A stretch of DNA of 57,545 nt, taken from assembly GCF_003334765.1 (NCBI RefSeq), contig NZ_QOWT01000027.1, one strand, 5' to 3'. The position numbers and the translations under genes were made by a program. The notes beneath the pieces were generated by a model. It ran no database searches. It was not told the DNA's origin and was given only the letters and a program-made list of their open reading frames with translations. Positions 42,762 to 54,397 of the stretch are shown here, one piece after another. Every line of letters begins with the position of its first letter. Position 1 is the stretch's first letter. This stretch comes from Escherichia coli. Lineage in GTDB: Bacteria; Pseudomonadota; Gammaproteobacteria; Enterobacterales; Enterobacteriaceae.

Positions 42762-43451
42762 TTAGCGCCCCGCCCGTTCACGGCTGATTCTGGCCAGCCA
42801 TTCTGAAATCAACAGGGAGATCATCGCCAGCGCAATAGAAATAATGCACAGTCTCGCCGCTCCACTTTCCCCGCCGGGGGTCTGGATCAGGGTATACATG
42901 GCAGAAGGAATGGTTCGCGTTTCACCAGGAATGTTCGACACAAAGGTGATGGTTGCACCAAACTCACCGAGAGAACGAGCAAAAGCCAGTACCGTACCAA
43001 CAATAATTCCCGGTAAGGTCAGCGGTAACGTGATAGTAAAGAAAACGCGCCAGCGCCCGGCCCCCAGTGTTCTTGCGGCCTGTTCCAGTTTGACATCAAC
43101 CCCTTCCAGCGCCAGACGAATTGCCCGCACCATCAGCGGAAACGACATGACGGCGGCAGCGAGAACCGCGCCGCGCCAGCTAAAGGCGAAGGTAATACCA
43201 AACCAGTCATACAGACGTTCACCGATAAATCCGCGCCGTCCCATCGAAACTAATAATAAGTAACCGACGACCACGGGCGGTAACACCAGCGGTAGATGCA
43301 GTACGCTGTCGAGCAGAGCTTTGCCCGGAAACGTGCAACGCACCAGTAACCAGGCAAAAAAGATCCCAAACGGCAGGCTAAACAGCACAGCCAGGGAAGA
43401 AACTTTCAGGCTTAATAAAACTGCCTGCCATTCTGGATCGGTCAGTATCAT
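42762..43451 (-). CDS. modB: molybdate ABC transporter permease
   Basis: 229-aa membrane ORF between modA and modC. Confidence 0.9.
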
Positions 43452-44224
43452 TACTTGATTGTAAATCCGTAACGTTTAAAGATTTCCGCTGCCTGCGGTC
43501 CCTTCAGATAATCATAAAATGCTTTCACTGTCGCATTGTTATGCCCTTCCACAACAGCAACCGGATATTCCACTTTTTTATGTGAATCTTCCGGGAAGGT
43601 GGCAACCACTTTTACCCCTTTGCTGGCAACTGCGTCAGAACCGTAGACAATGCCCAGAGGCGCTTCGTTACGTTCGACCAGCGCCAGCGCCCCACGAACA
43701 TCTTCCGCTGGGGCCAGTTTCGGAGAGAGCGTATCCCATGCGCCCAGTTTTTGCAGTGCTTCTTTTGCATAAATGCCAGCGGGAACATGTTCCGGATCGC
43801 CAACCGCCAGGCGACCGCCATTCAGCAGTGAAGTCCAGTTGGTTTTGCTGTCGATGGTGAAATCTTTCTGCACGCTGGCTTTCGGTGCTACAACGACCAG
43901 GCTATTGCCGAGCAGTGTCTGACGCGTAGCTGTATCGATCGCTTTTTTATCAACCGCATAATCCATCCATTTCTGATCGGCAGAAATAAACAGATCCGCA
44001 GGCGCACCCGCTTCAATCTGACGGGCGAGAGTAGATGACGAAGCGAAAGAAGAAACCACATCCACGCCTTTCTCTTTTTTAAACTGCGTAGCAATGTCCT
44101 GCATTGCGTTAGTCAGTGATGCGGCGGCGAACACCGTGATTTTCCCTTCATCTGCCAGTGCATTGCCAGCAACAGCGAAAGAGAGTGCCGCCCCGGCAAA
44201 CAAGTTCAACCATTTACGAGCCAT
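43451..44224 (-). CDS. modA: molybdate-binding periplasmic protein
   Basis: 257-aa ORF with signal peptide (MARKWLNLFAGAALSFAVAGNALA). Confidence 0.9.
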   Translation of the reverse strand: MARKWLNLFAGAALSFAVAGNALADEGKITVFAAASLTNAMQDIATQFKKEKGVDVVSSFASSSTLARQIEAGAPADLFISADQKWMDYAVDKKAIDTATRQTLLGNSLVVVAPKASVQKDFTIDSKTNWTSLLNGGRLAVGDPEHVPAGIYAKEALQKLGAWDTLSPKLAPAEDVRGALALVERNEAPLGIVYGSDAVASKGVKVVATFPEDSHKKVEYPVAVVEGHNNATVKAFYDYLKGPQAAEIFKRYGFTIK

Positions 44225-44243
44225 TGGTAACCCCTTAATGTAA

Positions 44244-44267
44244 CGTTATGTAGGCGACAATATAACG
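44244..44267 (-). promoter_or_regulatory. ModE operator of the modABC promoter
   Basis: Reverse complement reads cgttatattgtcgcctacataacg, the known modA operator sequence. Confidence 0.8.
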
Positions 44268-44353
44268 ACTAACTCGGAATTTTCCCAGCAGTTATTGCTA
44301 ACCTTTGTGAGGTAGATAAGAAAAAATATCGGCAGGAAAAGCAGGAAGTTGAG

Positions 44354-44383
44354 AAAAAGAAAATGCCCGACTAAGCGGGCATT
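44354..44383 (-). terminator. rho-independent terminator downstream of acrZ
   Basis: Minus-strand hairpin atgcccgcttagtcgggcat followed by a T-rich tract (tttcttttt). Confidence 0.6.
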
Positions 44384-44390
44384 CAGGGAA

Positions 44391-44558
<168 letters not shown>

Positions 44559-44668
44559 TCATGAGACTATTCTAACCGCTAAGCACAGAAAAGCACTCCC
44601 CTTTTGTGCGGTCAGCTTTGCGTGGCGTTCGTTTTCCGTCACAATAAGACTTTTGCCAGGACATTGTT

Positions 44669-45457
44669 ATGCAGGCCGAAATCCTTCTCACCCTTAAGCT
44701 CCAACAAAAATTATTCGCCGACCCGCGCCGCATTTCGCTACTAAAACACATTGCGCTTTCCGGTTCCATTAGCCAGGGAGCGAAAGATGCCGGTATTAGC
44801 TATAAAAGCGCCTGGGATGCCATTAACGAGATGAATCAGTTAAGTGAGCATATTCTGGTCGAGCGCGCAACAGGCGGTAAAGGTGGCGGCGGCGCAGTAC
44901 TGACCCGCTATGGTCAGCGACTGATTCAGCTCTATGACTTACTGGCGCAAATCCAGCAAAAAGCCTTTGATGTGTTAAGTGACGATGACGCCCTGCCGCT
45001 GAACAGCCTGCTGGCCGCGATCTCACGTTTTTCACTGCAAACCAGCGCCCGTAACCAGTGGTTCGGTACCATCACCGCCCGCGATCATGATGACGTTCAA
45101 CAGCATGTTGATGTCTTACTGGCTGACGGAAAAACACGCCTGAAAGTCGCAATTACCGCACAAAGCGGCGCGCGTCTGGGGCTGGATGAAGGCAAAGAAG
45201 TGTTGATATTGCTAAAAGCGCCGTGGGTAGGTATTACTCAGGACGAGGCGGTCGCGCAAAACGCTGACAACCAATTACCGGGTATTATTAGTCATATTGA
45301 GCGCGGCGCAGAGCAGTGCGAAGTATTAATGGCGCTACCCGACGGGCAAACACTGTGCGCCACAGTGCCGGTAAATGAAGCGACTTCTCTTCAGCAAGGA
45401 CAGAATGTCACGGCCTACTTTAATGCCGACAGCGTGATTATCGCCACGCTGTGCTAA
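44669..45457 (+). CDS. modE: molybdate-responsive transcriptional regulator
   Basis: 262-aa ORF: N-terminal HTH plus tandem Mop domains. Confidence 0.9.
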   Translation: MQAEILLTLKLQQKLFADPRRISLLKHIALSGSISQGAKDAGISYKSAWDAINEMNQLSEHILVERATGGKGGGGAVLTRYGQRLIQLYDLLAQIQQKAFDVLSDDDALPLNSLLAAISRFSLQTSARNQWFGTITARDHDDVQQHVDVLLADGKTRLKVAITAQSGARLGLDEGKEVLILLKAPWVGITQDEAVAQNADNQLPGIISHIERGAEQCEVLMALPDGQTLCATVPVNEATSLQQGQNVTAYFNADSVIIATLC

Positions 45458-45524
45458 GCGTGTTGACAATTTGTTATGAAACACGTATCCCTGTCAGTAA
45501 TCGCTGCACAAAGTGGGATATAAA

Positions 45525-46997
45525 ATGTCATCGTTGCAAATTTTGCAAGGCACGTTTCGTCTTAGCGACACAAAAACGCTGCAATTGCCTCAGCTAACGT
45601 TAAACGCGGGTGATAGTTGGGCGTTTGTCGGTTCGAATGGAAGCGGGAAATCGGCCCTGGCCCGCGCGCTGGCGGGGGAACTTCCGCTTTTGAAAGGTGA
45701 ACGGCAAAGCCAGTTTTCCCACATCACTCGTCTCTCCTTCGAGCAATTGCAAAAACTCGTCAGCGACGAATGGCAGCGGAATAACACCGATATGCTCGGC
45801 CCTGGCGAAGATGACACCGGACGCACTACGGCTGAGATCATTCAGGATGAAGTAAAGGATGCACCGCGTTGCATGCAACTGGCGCAGCAGTTCGGTATTA
45901 CCGCCCTCCTCGACCGACGCTTTAAATACCTTTCCACTGGCGAGACGCGAAAAACCCTGCTGTGTCAGGCGCTGATGTCGGAGCCTGACTTGTTGATTCT
46001 TGATGAGCCGTTCGATGGCCTGGATGTTGCCTCACGTCAGCAGCTGGCTGAGCGACTCGCCTCGTTACATCAGTCCGGTATTACTCTGGTACTGGTGCTC
46101 AATCGCTTCGATGAGATCCCGGAGTTTGTCCAGTTTGCTGGCGTGCTGGCGGATTGCACGTTAGCGGAAACTGGCGCTAAAGAGGAACTGCTCCAACAAG
46201 CACTCGTCGCGCAACTGGCGCATAGTGAACAGCTTGAAGGTGTGCAACTGCCGGAGCCGGATGAACCTTCAGCACGTCACGCCTTACCCGCCAACGAACC
46301 GCGCATTGTGCTGAACAATGGCGTGGTTTCTTATAACGATCGCCCCATTCTTAATAACCTTAGCTGGCAGGTGAATCCAGGCGAACACTGGCAAATTGTC
46401 GGGCCAAATGGTGCAGGAAAATCGACGTTATTAAGCCTGGTTACTGGCGATCATCCGCAAGGTTACAGCAACGATTTGACGCTTTTCGGACGACGTCGCG
46501 GCAGCGGCGAAACCATCTGGGATATCAAAAAGCATATCGGTTACGTCAGCAGTAGTTTGCATCTGGATTACCGGGTCAGCACTACCGTGCGTAATGTGAT
46601 TCTTTCTGGCTATTTTGATTCGATTGGCATTTATCAGGCCGTTTCGGATCGCCAGCAAAAACTGGTGCAGCAGTGGCTGGATATTCTCGGCATTGATAAA
46701 CGCACGGCTGACGCTCCGTTCCATAGTCTTTCCTGGGGACAGCAGCGTCTGGCGCTGATTGTCCGCGCACTGGTGAAACATCCGACGTTGCTTATTCTCG
46801 ATGAACCACTACAGGGGCTTGATCCGCTGAATCGCCAGCTTATCCGCCGTTTTGTTGATGTGCTGATTAGCGAAGGTGAAACGCAATTGTTGTTTGTTTC
46901 GCACCACGCTGAAGATGCGCCTGCCTGTATTACCCATCGTCTTGAGTTCGTGCCGGACGGTGGACTCTATCGCTATGTGCTGACAAAAATATATTGA
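45525..46997 (+). CDS. modF: ABC-type ATPase with two nucleotide-binding domains
   Basis: Start at Met 45525 (MSSLQILQGTF...), 490 aa; Walker A GSNGSGKS and GPNGAGKST. Confidence 0.85.
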   Translation: MSSLQILQGTFRLSDTKTLQLPQLTLNAGDSWAFVGSNGSGKSALARALAGELPLLKGERQSQFSHITRLSFEQLQKLVSDEWQRNNTDMLGPGEDDTGRTTAEIIQDEVKDAPRCMQLAQQFGITALLDRRFKYLSTGETRKTLLCQALMSEPDLLILDEPFDGLDVASRQQLAERLASLHQSGITLVLVLNRFDEIPEFVQFAGVLADCTLAETGAKEELLQQALVAQLAHSEQLEGVQLPEPDEPSARHALPANEPRIVLNNGVVSYNDRPILNNLSWQVNPGEHWQIVGPNGAGKSTLLSLVTGDHPQGYSNDLTLFGRRRGSGETIWDIKKHIGYVSSSLHLDYRVSTTVRNVILSGYFDSIGIYQAVSDRQQKLVQQWLDILGIDKRTADAPFHSLSWGQQRLALIVRALVKHPTLLILDEPLQGLDPLNRQLIRRFVDVLISEGETQLLFVSHHAEDAPACITHRLEFVPDGGLYRYVLTKIY

Positions 46998-47054
46998 GTC
47001 GGTAGTGCTGACCTTGCCGGAGGCGGCCTTAGCGCCCTCTCCGGCCAACGGTTC

Positions 47055-47087
47055 GACGCATGCAGGCATGAAACCGCGTCTTTTTTC
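47055..47087 (+). terminator. putative terminator after modEF
   Basis: gacgc ... gcgtc stem followed by tttttt. Confidence 0.45.
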
Positions 47088-47163
47088 AGATAAAAAGCGC
47101 AATCATTCATAAACCCTCTGTTTTATAATCACTTAATCGCGCATAAAAAACGGCTAAATTCTT

Positions 47164-47179
47164 GTGTAAACGATTCCAC
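47164..47179. promoter_or_regulatory. gal operator OE (GalR/GalS site)
   Basis: gtgtaaacgattccac upstream of the gal P1/P2 promoters. Confidence 0.85.
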
Positions 47180-47180
47180 T

Positions 47181-47257
47181 AATTTATTCCATGTCACACT
47201 TTTCGCATCTTTGTTATGCTATGGTTATTTCATACCATAAGCCTAATGGAGCGAATT
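47181..47257 (+). promoter_or_regulatory. gal P1/P2 promoter region with CRP site
   Basis: aatttattccatgtcacacttttcgcatctttgttatgctatggttatttcatacc immediately upstream of galE. Confidence 0.7.
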
Positions 47258-48274
47258 ATGAGAGTTCTGGTTACCGGTGGTAGCGGTTACATTGGAAGTC
47301 ATACCTGTGTGCAATTACTGCAAAACGGTCATGATGTCATCATTCTTGATAACCTCTGTAACAGTAAGCGCAGCGTACTGCCTGTTATCGAGCGTTTAGG
47401 CGGCAAACATCCAACGTTTGTTGAAGGCGATATTCGTAACGAAGCGTTGATGACCGAGATCCTGCACGATCACGCTATCGACACCGTGATCCACTTCGCC
47501 GGGCTGAAAGCCGTGGGCGAATCGGTACAAAAACCGCTGGAATATTACGACAACAATGTCAACGGCACTCTGCGCCTGATTAGCGCCATGCGCGCCGCTA
47601 ACGTCAAAAACTTTATTTTTAGCTCCTCCGCCACCGTTTATGGCGATCAGCCCAAAATTCCATACGTTGAAAGCTTCCCGACCGGCACACCGCAAAGCCC
47701 TTACGGCAAAAGCAAGCTGATGGTGGAACAGATCCTCACCGATCTGCAAAAAGCCCAGCCGGACTGGAGCATTGCCCTGCTGCGCTACTTCAACCCGGTT
47801 GGCGCGCATCCGTCGGGCGATATGGGCGAAGATCCGCAAGGCATTCCGAATAACCTGATGCCATACATCGCCCAGGTTGCTGTAGGCCGTCGCGACTCGC
47901 TGGCGATTTTTGGTAACGATTATCCGACCGAAGATGGTACTGGCGTACGCGATTACATCCACGTAATGGATCTGGCGGACGGTCACGTCGTGGCGATGGA
48001 AAAACTGGCGAACAAGCCAGGCGTACACATCTACAACCTCGGCGCTGGCGTAGGCAACAGCGTGCTGGACGTGGTTAATGCCTTCAGCAAAGCCTGCGGC
48101 AAACCGGTTAATTATCATTTTGCACCGCGTCGCGAGGGCGACCTTCCGGCCTACTGGGCGGACGCCAGCAAAGCCGACCGTGAACTGAACTGGCGCGTAA
48201 CGCGCACACTCGATGAAATGGCGCAGGACACCTGGCACTGGCAGTCACGCCATCCACAGGGATATCCCGATTAA
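47258..48274 (+). CDS. galE: UDP-glucose 4-epimerase
   Basis: Start at ATG 47258 (MRVLVTGGSGYIGSH, Rossmann GxxGxxG), 338 aa. Confidence 0.95.
   Translation: MRVLVTGGSGYIGSHTCVQLLQNGHDVIILDNLCNSKRSVLPVIERLGGKHPTFVEGDIRNEALMTEILHDHAIDTVIHFAGLKAVGESVQKPLEYYDNNVNGTLRLISAMRAANVKNFIFSSSATVYGDQPKIPYVESFPTGTPQSPYGKSKLMVEQILTDLQKAQPDWSIALLRYFNPVGAHPSGDMGEDPQGIPNNLMPYIAQVAVGRRDSLAIFGNDYPTEDGTGVRDYIHVMDLADGHVVAMEKLANKPGVHIYNLGAGVGNSVLDVVNAFSKACGKPVNYHFAPRREGDLPAYWADASKADRELNWRVTRTLDEMAQDTWHWQSRHPQGYPD
47277..47292. promoter_or_regulatory. gal operator OI (internal GalR site inside galE)
   Basis: gtggtagcggttacat within the first codons of galE. Confidence 0.85.
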
Positions 48275-48283
48275 GGAACGACC

Positions 48284-49330
48284 ATGACGCAATTTAATCC
48301 CGTTGATCATCCACATCGCCGCTACAACCCGCTCACCGGGCAATGGATTCTGGTTTCACCGCACCGCGCTAAGCGCCCCTGGCAGGGGGCGCAGGAAACG
48401 CCAGCCAAACAGGTGTTACCTGCGCACGATCCAGATTGCTTCCTCTGCGCAGGTAATGTGCGGGTGACAGGCGATAAAAACCCCGATTACACCGGGACTT
48501 ACGTTTTCACTAATGACTTTGCGGCTTTGATGTCTGACACGCCAGATGCGCCAGAAAGTCACGATCCGCTGATGCGTTGCCAGAGCGCGCGCGGCACCAG
48601 CCGGGTGATCTGCTTTTCACCGGATCACAGTAAAACGCTGCCAGAGCTCAGCGTTGCAGCATTGACGGAAATCGTCAAAACCTGGCAGGAGCAAACCGCA
48701 GAACTGGGGAAAACGTACCCATGGGTGCAGGTTTTTGAAAACAAAGGCGCGGCGATGGGCTGCTCTAACCCGCATCCGCACGGTCAGATTTGGGCAAATA
48801 GCTTCCTGCCTAACGAAGCTGAGCGCGAAGACCGCCTGCAAAAAGAATATTTTGCCGAACAGAAATCACCAATGCTGGTGGATTATGTTCAGCGCGAGCT
48901 GGCAGACGGTAGCCGTACCGTTGTCGAAACCGAACACTGGTTAGCCGTCGTGCCTTACTGGGCTGCCTGGCCGTTCGAAACGCTACTGCTGCCCAAAGCC
49001 CACGTTTTACGGATCACCGATTTGACCGACGCCCAGCGCAGCGATCTGGCGCTGGCGTTGAAAAAGCTGACCAGTCGTTATGACAACCTCTTCCAGTGCT
49101 CCTTCCCCTACTCTATGGGCTGGCACGGCGCGCCATTTAATGGCGAAGAGAATCAACACTGGCAGCTGCACGCGCACTTTTATCCGCCTCTGCTGCGCTC
49201 CGCCACCGTACGTAAATTTATGGTTGGTTATGAAATGCTGGCAGAGACCCAGCGAGACCTGACCGCAGAACAGGCAGCAGAGCGTTTGCGCGCAGTCAGC
49301 GATATCCATTTTCGCGAATCCGGAGTGTAA
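48284..49330 (+). CDS. galT: galactose-1-phosphate uridylyltransferase
   Basis: 348-aa ORF; HPH active-site motif (CSNPHPHGQ), Zn-binding Cys/His. Confidence 0.95.
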
Positions 49331-49333
49331 GAA

Positions 49334-50482
49334 ATGAGTCTGAAAGAAAAAACACAATCTCTGTTTGCCAACGCATTTGGCTACCCTGCCACTCACACCA
49401 TTCAGGCGCCTGGCCGCGTGAATTTGATTGGTGAACACACCGACTACAACGACGGTTTCGTTCTGCCCTGCGCGATTGATTATCAAACCGTGATCAGTTG
49501 TGCACCACGCGATGACCGTAAAGTTCGCGTGATGGCAGCCGATTATGAAAATCAGCTCGACGAGTTTTCCCTCGATGCGCCCATTGTCGCACATGAAAAC
49601 TATCAATGGGCTAACTACGTTCGTGGCGTGGTGAAACATCTGCAACTGCGTAACAACAGCTTCGGCGGCGTGGACATGGTGATCAGCGGCAATGTGCCGC
49701 AGGGTGCCGGGTTAAGTTCTTCCGCTTCACTGGAAGTCGCGGTCGGAACCGTATTGCAGCAGCTTTATCATCTGCCGCTGGACGGCGCACAAATCGCGCT
49801 TAACGGTCAGGAAGCAGAAAACCAGTTTGTAGGCTGTAACTGCGGGATCATGGATCAGCTAATTTCCGCGCTCGGCAAGAAAGATCATGCCTTGCTGATC
49901 GATTGCCGCTCACTGGGGACCAAAGCAGTTTCCATGCCCAAAGGTGTGGCTGTCGTCATCATCAACAGTAACTTCAAACGTACCCTGGTTGGCAGCGAAT
50001 ACAACACCCGTCGTGAACAGTGCGAAACCGGTGCGCGTTTCTTCCAGCAGCCAGCCCTGCGTGATGTCACCATTGAAGAGTTCAACGCTGTTGCGCATGA
50101 ACTGGACCCGATCGTGGCAAAACGCGTGCGTCATATACTGACTGAAAACGCCCGCACCGTTGAAGCTGCCAGCGCGCTGGAGCAAGGCGACCTGAAACGT
50201 ATGGGCGAGTTGATGGCGGAGTCTCATGCCTCTATGCGCGATGATTTCGAAATCACCGTGCCGCAAATTGACACTCTGGTAGAAATCGTCAAAGCTGTGA
50301 TTGGCGACAAAGGTGGCGTACGCATGACCGGCGGCGGATTTGGCGGCTGTATCGTCGCGCTGATCCCGGAAGAGCTGGTGCCTGCCGTACAGCAAGCTGT
50401 CGCTGAACAATATGAAGCAAAAACAGGTATTAAAGAGACTTTTTACGTTTGTAAACCATCACAAGGAGCAGGACAGTGCTGA
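49334..50482 (+). CDS. galK: galactokinase
   Basis: 382-aa GHMP kinase ORF ([25 protein letters not shown]). Confidence 0.95.
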
Positions 50483-51516
50483 ACGAAACTCCCGCACTGG
50501 CACCCGATGGTCAGCCGTACCGACTGTTAACTTTGCGTAACAACGCAGGGATGGTAGTCACGCTGATGGACTGGGGTGCGACTTTACTTTCCGCCCGTAT
50601 TCCGCTTTCCGATGGCAGCGTCCGCGAGGCGCTGCTCGGCTGTGCCAGCCCGGAATGCTATCAGGATCAGGCCGCGTTTCTGGGGGCCTCTATTGGTCGT
50701 TATGCCAACCGTATCGCCAATAGCCGTTATACCTTTGACGGTGAAACCGTGACGCTTTCGCCAAGTCAGGGCGTTAACCAGCTGCACGGCGGGCCGGAAG
50801 GGTTCGACAAACGTCGCTGGCAGATTGTGAACCAGAACGATCGTCAGGTGCTGTTTGCCCTGAGTTCAGATGATGGTGATCAGGGCTTCCCGGGTAATCT
50901 CGGCGCGACGGTGCAATATCGTCTGACCGACGATAACCGTATCTCCATTACTTATCGCGCCACAGTTGATAAACCTTGCCCGGTGAATATGACTAATCAC
51001 GTCTATTTCAATCTTGACGGCGAGCAGTCTGACGTGCGCAATCACAAGTTGCAGATTCTGGCGGACGAATATCTGCCGGTTGATGAAGGCGGCATTCCGC
51101 ACGACGGCCTGAAATCTGTCGCCGGAACGTCTTTTGATTTCCGCAGCGCCAAAATCATCGCCAGTGAGTTTCTTGCCGACGACGATCAGCGCAAAGTGAA
51201 AGGTTACGATCACGCATTCTTGTTACAGGCCAAAGGCGATGGCAAGAAAGTGGCGGCGCATGTCTGGTCAGCAGATGAAAAATTGCAGCTGAAGGTCTAC
51301 ACCACCGCTCCGGCTCTGCAATTCTACTCCGGCAACTTCCTCGGCGGCACACCGTCGCGGGGAACCGAACCTTACGCCGACTGGCAAGGGCTGGCTCTGG
51401 AAAGCGAGTTTCTACCGGACAGCCCGAACCACCCTGAATGGCCGCAACCGGACTGCTTCCTGCGTCCTGGCGAAGAGTATTCCAGCCTGACGGAATATCA
51501 GTTTATTGCTGAGTAA
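50476..51516 (+). CDS. galM: aldose 1-epimerase (galactose mutarotase)
   Basis: 346-aa ORF overlapping the galK stop. Confidence 0.9.
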
Positions 51517-51520
51517 TGTT

Positions 51521-51547
51521 ACGCCCTCGTCATGAGGGCTTTATCTC
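51521..51547 (+). terminator. putative gal operon terminator
   Basis: Hairpin gccctcgtcatgagggc followed by tttatct. Confidence 0.5.
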
Positions 51548-51671
51548 ATATTGTTCAAATCACCAGCAAACACCGACATATTTGCAACTCAATATTCACA
51601 ACAACCTTACACTGCGCCACTATTTTCGCTATGGTTATGCGTAAGCATTGCTGTTGCTTCGTCGCGGCAAT

Positions 51672-51693
51672 ATAATGAGAATTATTATCATTA
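51672..51693. promoter_or_regulatory. Fur box upstream of gpmA
   Basis: ataatgagaattattatcatt resembles the GATAATGATAATCATTATC Fur consensus. Confidence 0.65.
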
Positions 51694-51717
51694 AAAGATG
51701 ATTTGAGGAGTAAGTAT

Positions 51718-52470
51718 ATGGCTGTAACTAAGCTGGTTCTGGTTCGTCATGGCGAAAGTCAGTGGAACAAAGAAAACCGTTTCACCGGTTGGTACGACGT
51801 GGATCTGTCTGAGAAAGGCGTAAGCGAAGCAAAAGCAGCAGGTAAGCTGCTGAAAGAGGAAGGTTACAGCTTTGACTTTGCTTACACTTCTGTGCTGAAA
51901 CGCGCTATCCATACCCTGTGGAATGTGCTGGACGAACTGGATCAGGCATGGCTGCCCGTTGAGAAATCCTGGAAACTGAACGAACGTCACTACGGTGCGT
52001 TGCAGGGTCTGAACAAAGCGGAAACTGCTGAAAAGTATGGCGACGAGCAGGTGAAACAGTGGCGTCGTGGTTTTGCAGTGACTCCGCCGGAACTGACTAA
52101 AGATGATGAGCGTTATCCGGGTCACGATCCGCGTTACGCGAAACTGAGCGAGAAAGAACTGCCGCTGACGGAAAGCCTGGCGCTGACCATTGACCGCGTG
52201 ATCCCTTACTGGAATGAAACTATTCTGCCGCGTATGAAGAGCGGTGAGCGCGTGATCATCGCTGCACACGGTAACTCTTTACGTGCGCTGGTGAAATATC
52301 TTGATAACATGAGCGAAGAAGAGATTCTTGAGCTTAATATCCCGACTGGCGTGCCGCTGGTGTATGAGTTCGACGAGAATTTCAAACCGCTGAAACGCTA
52401 TTATCTGGGTAATGCTGACGAGATCGCAGCGAAAGCAGCGGCGGTTGCAAACCAGGGTAAAGCGAAGTAA
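51718..52470 (+). CDS. gpmA: 2,3-bisphosphoglycerate-dependent phosphoglycerate mutase
   Basis: Start at ATG 51718 ([21 protein letters not shown] catalytic motif) with RBS gaggag, 250 aa. Confidence 0.9.
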
Positions 52471-52491
52471 ACGTCATTCGTTTAAAATGAG

Positions 52492-52522
52492 AAAGCCGAC
52501 TGCAAGTGAGTCGGCTTTTTTG
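52492..52522 (+). terminator. rho-independent terminator of gpmA
   Basis: agccgactgcaagtgagtcggc hairpin followed by ttttttg. Confidence 0.75.
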
Positions 52523-52543
52523 TTGCTAACAATGGAGCACATT

Positions 52544-52620
52544 GCCTGATGCGACGCTGCGCGACTTATCAGGCCTGTGGTGATTCATCGGATACGCCAC
52601 TCTGACGGCGCATCCGACAA
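52544..52620. repeat. REP element pair
   Basis: gcctgatgcgacgctgcgcgacttatcaggcc ... cggatacgccactctgacggcgcatccgaca. Confidence 0.7.
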
Positions 52621-52627
52621 TTAAACC

Positions 52628-53680
52628 TTACCCGCGACGCGCTTTTACTGCATTCGCCAGTTGACGTAACAGAGCATCGGTATCTTCCCAGCCGATGCAG
52701 GCATCGGTGATGCTCTTACCGTAGGCCAGCGGCTCCCCGCTCTCGAGGCTCTGATTGCCTTCCACCAGATGGCTTTCCACCATCACGCCAATAATGGCCT
52801 TTTCGCCACCGGCAATCTGCTGGCAAACGTCAGCACAAACATCCATCTGCTTTTTGAATTGTTTGGACGAGTTAGCATGGCTGAAATCGATCATCACCTG
52901 TGCTGGCAGGCCTGCTTTGTTCAGCCCTTCTTTCACTTCAGCAACGTGCTTCGCGCTGTAGTTAGGCTCTTTACCGCCGCGCAGAATGATATGGCAATCG
53001 CCGTTACCGCTGGTATTCACAATCGCCGAATGCCCCCATTTCGTTACGGACAGGAAGCAGTGCGGCGCACCGGCGGCATTAATGGCATCGATAGCCACTT
53101 TAATCGTACCGTCGGTGCCATTTTTGAAGCCGACCGGACAAGAAAGCCCTGATGCCAGTTCGCGGTGCACCTGCGATTCGGTGGTACGTGCGCCAATTGC
53201 GCCCCAGCTCATCAGGTCAGCGAGATATTGTGGGGTGATCATATCGAGAAACTCACCTGCCGCTGGCAGACCGCTGTCGTTAATATCAAGCAGCAATTTA
53301 CGGGCTATACGCAGACCGTCGTTGATCTGGAAGCTATTATCCATATGCGGATCGTTAATCAGCCCTTTCCAGCCCACCGTGGTACGCGGCTTTTCAAAAT
53401 AGACGCGCATTACGATTTCCAGCTCATCTTTCAGCTCTTCACGCAGCGCCAGCAAGCGAGTGGCATACTCTTTTGCCGCGACAGGATCATGAATTGAGCA
53501 TGGGCCAATCACAACCAACAGGCGATCATCATTACCTTTCAGGATCTTATGGATCGCTTTTCGGGCATGGGCAACCGTATTCGCGGCATTTTCAGTAGCG
53601 GGGAATTTTTCCAGCAATGCGACAGGAGGAAGTAACTCTTTGATTTCTTTGATGCGTAAATCGTCGTTCTGATAATTCAT
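52628..53680 (-). CDS. aroG: 3-deoxy-7-phosphoheptulonate (DAHP) synthase, Phe-sensitive
   Basis: 350-aa ORF (MNYQNDDLRIKEIKELLPPVALLEKFPATE...). Confidence 0.9.
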   Translation of the reverse strand: MNYQNDDLRIKEIKELLPPVALLEKFPATENAANTVAHARKAIHKILKGNDDRLLVVIGPCSIHDPVAAKEYATRLLALREELKDELEIVMRVYFEKPRTTVGWKGLINDPHMDNSFQINDGLRIARKLLLDINDSGLPAAGEFLDMITPQYLADLMSWGAIGARTTESQVHRELASGLSCPVGFKNGTDGTIKVAIDAINAAGAPHCFLSVTKWGHSAIVNTSGNGDCHIILRGGKEPNYSAKHVAEVKEGLNKAGLPAQVMIDFSHANSSKQFKKQMDVCADVCQQIAGGEKAIIGVMVESHLVEGNQSLESGEPLAYGKSITDACIGWEDTDALLRQLANAVKARRG

Positions 53681-53750
53681 GTCTGTTCCAGTGTTGCCAT
53701 ACTTATCTTAGTGAATGCAATACTTCCAATCTATATCTTCCGTCAGAATG

Positions 53751-53768
53751 TGTAAACGGGGTTTTACA
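53751..53768. promoter_or_regulatory. TyrR box upstream of aroG
   Basis: tgtaaa-cggggt-tttaca matches TGTAAA-N6-TTTACA. Confidence 0.8.
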
Positions 53769-53995
53769 CTATGAACGGATTAATCCTGGAATTAGCAAGA
53801 AAAACGCCAGATTGTCGCGAAAAACGAGATCTCTCCTACAATTTCTAACTGTAACTCCTTTGTTTGTTAATTATTTCAAGATTCTCTGCTGCGTTTCATA
53901 ACCTGGCTGAAATCTTAAACCAATGCCTTATATTCACCTGCAAATGCACTGTTGGAAGAGGTTATCCGACATAACGACCATAACAGGAGCATCCT

Positions 53996-54376
53996 ATGAA
54001 AATGACAAAACTGGCCACATTATTTCTGACTGCCACTCTAAGCCTTGCCAGCGGTGCCGCACTGGCTGCCGATAGCGGAGCGCAAACTAATAACGGCCAG
54101 GCAAACGCCGCAGCTGATGCGGGCCAGGTAGCCCCTGACGCCCGTGAAAATGTCGCGCCAAATAACGTCGACAATAACGGGGTAAATACCGGTTCTGGCG
54201 GCACAATGCTGCATTCGGATGGTTCTTCAATGAACAATGACGGAATGACCAAAGATGAAGAGCACAAGAACACCATGTGCAAAGATGGTCGCTGTCCGGA
54301 TATCAATAAAAAGGTACAAACCGGTGATGGCATCAATAATGATGTCGATACCAAAACCGACGGTACCACGCAGTAA
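53996..54376 (+). CDS. ybgS: secreted low-complexity protein YbgS
   Basis: 126-aa ORF with signal peptide and N/D/G-rich body. Confidence 0.8.
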
Positions 54377-54397
54377 CCCTGCAAAATAGCCAATAAT

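Noticed and set aside
47396-48238. 280-aa minus-strand ORF antisense to galE
   Set aside because: Entirely contained within galE on the opposite strand; galE is strongly supported by motif and operator context.
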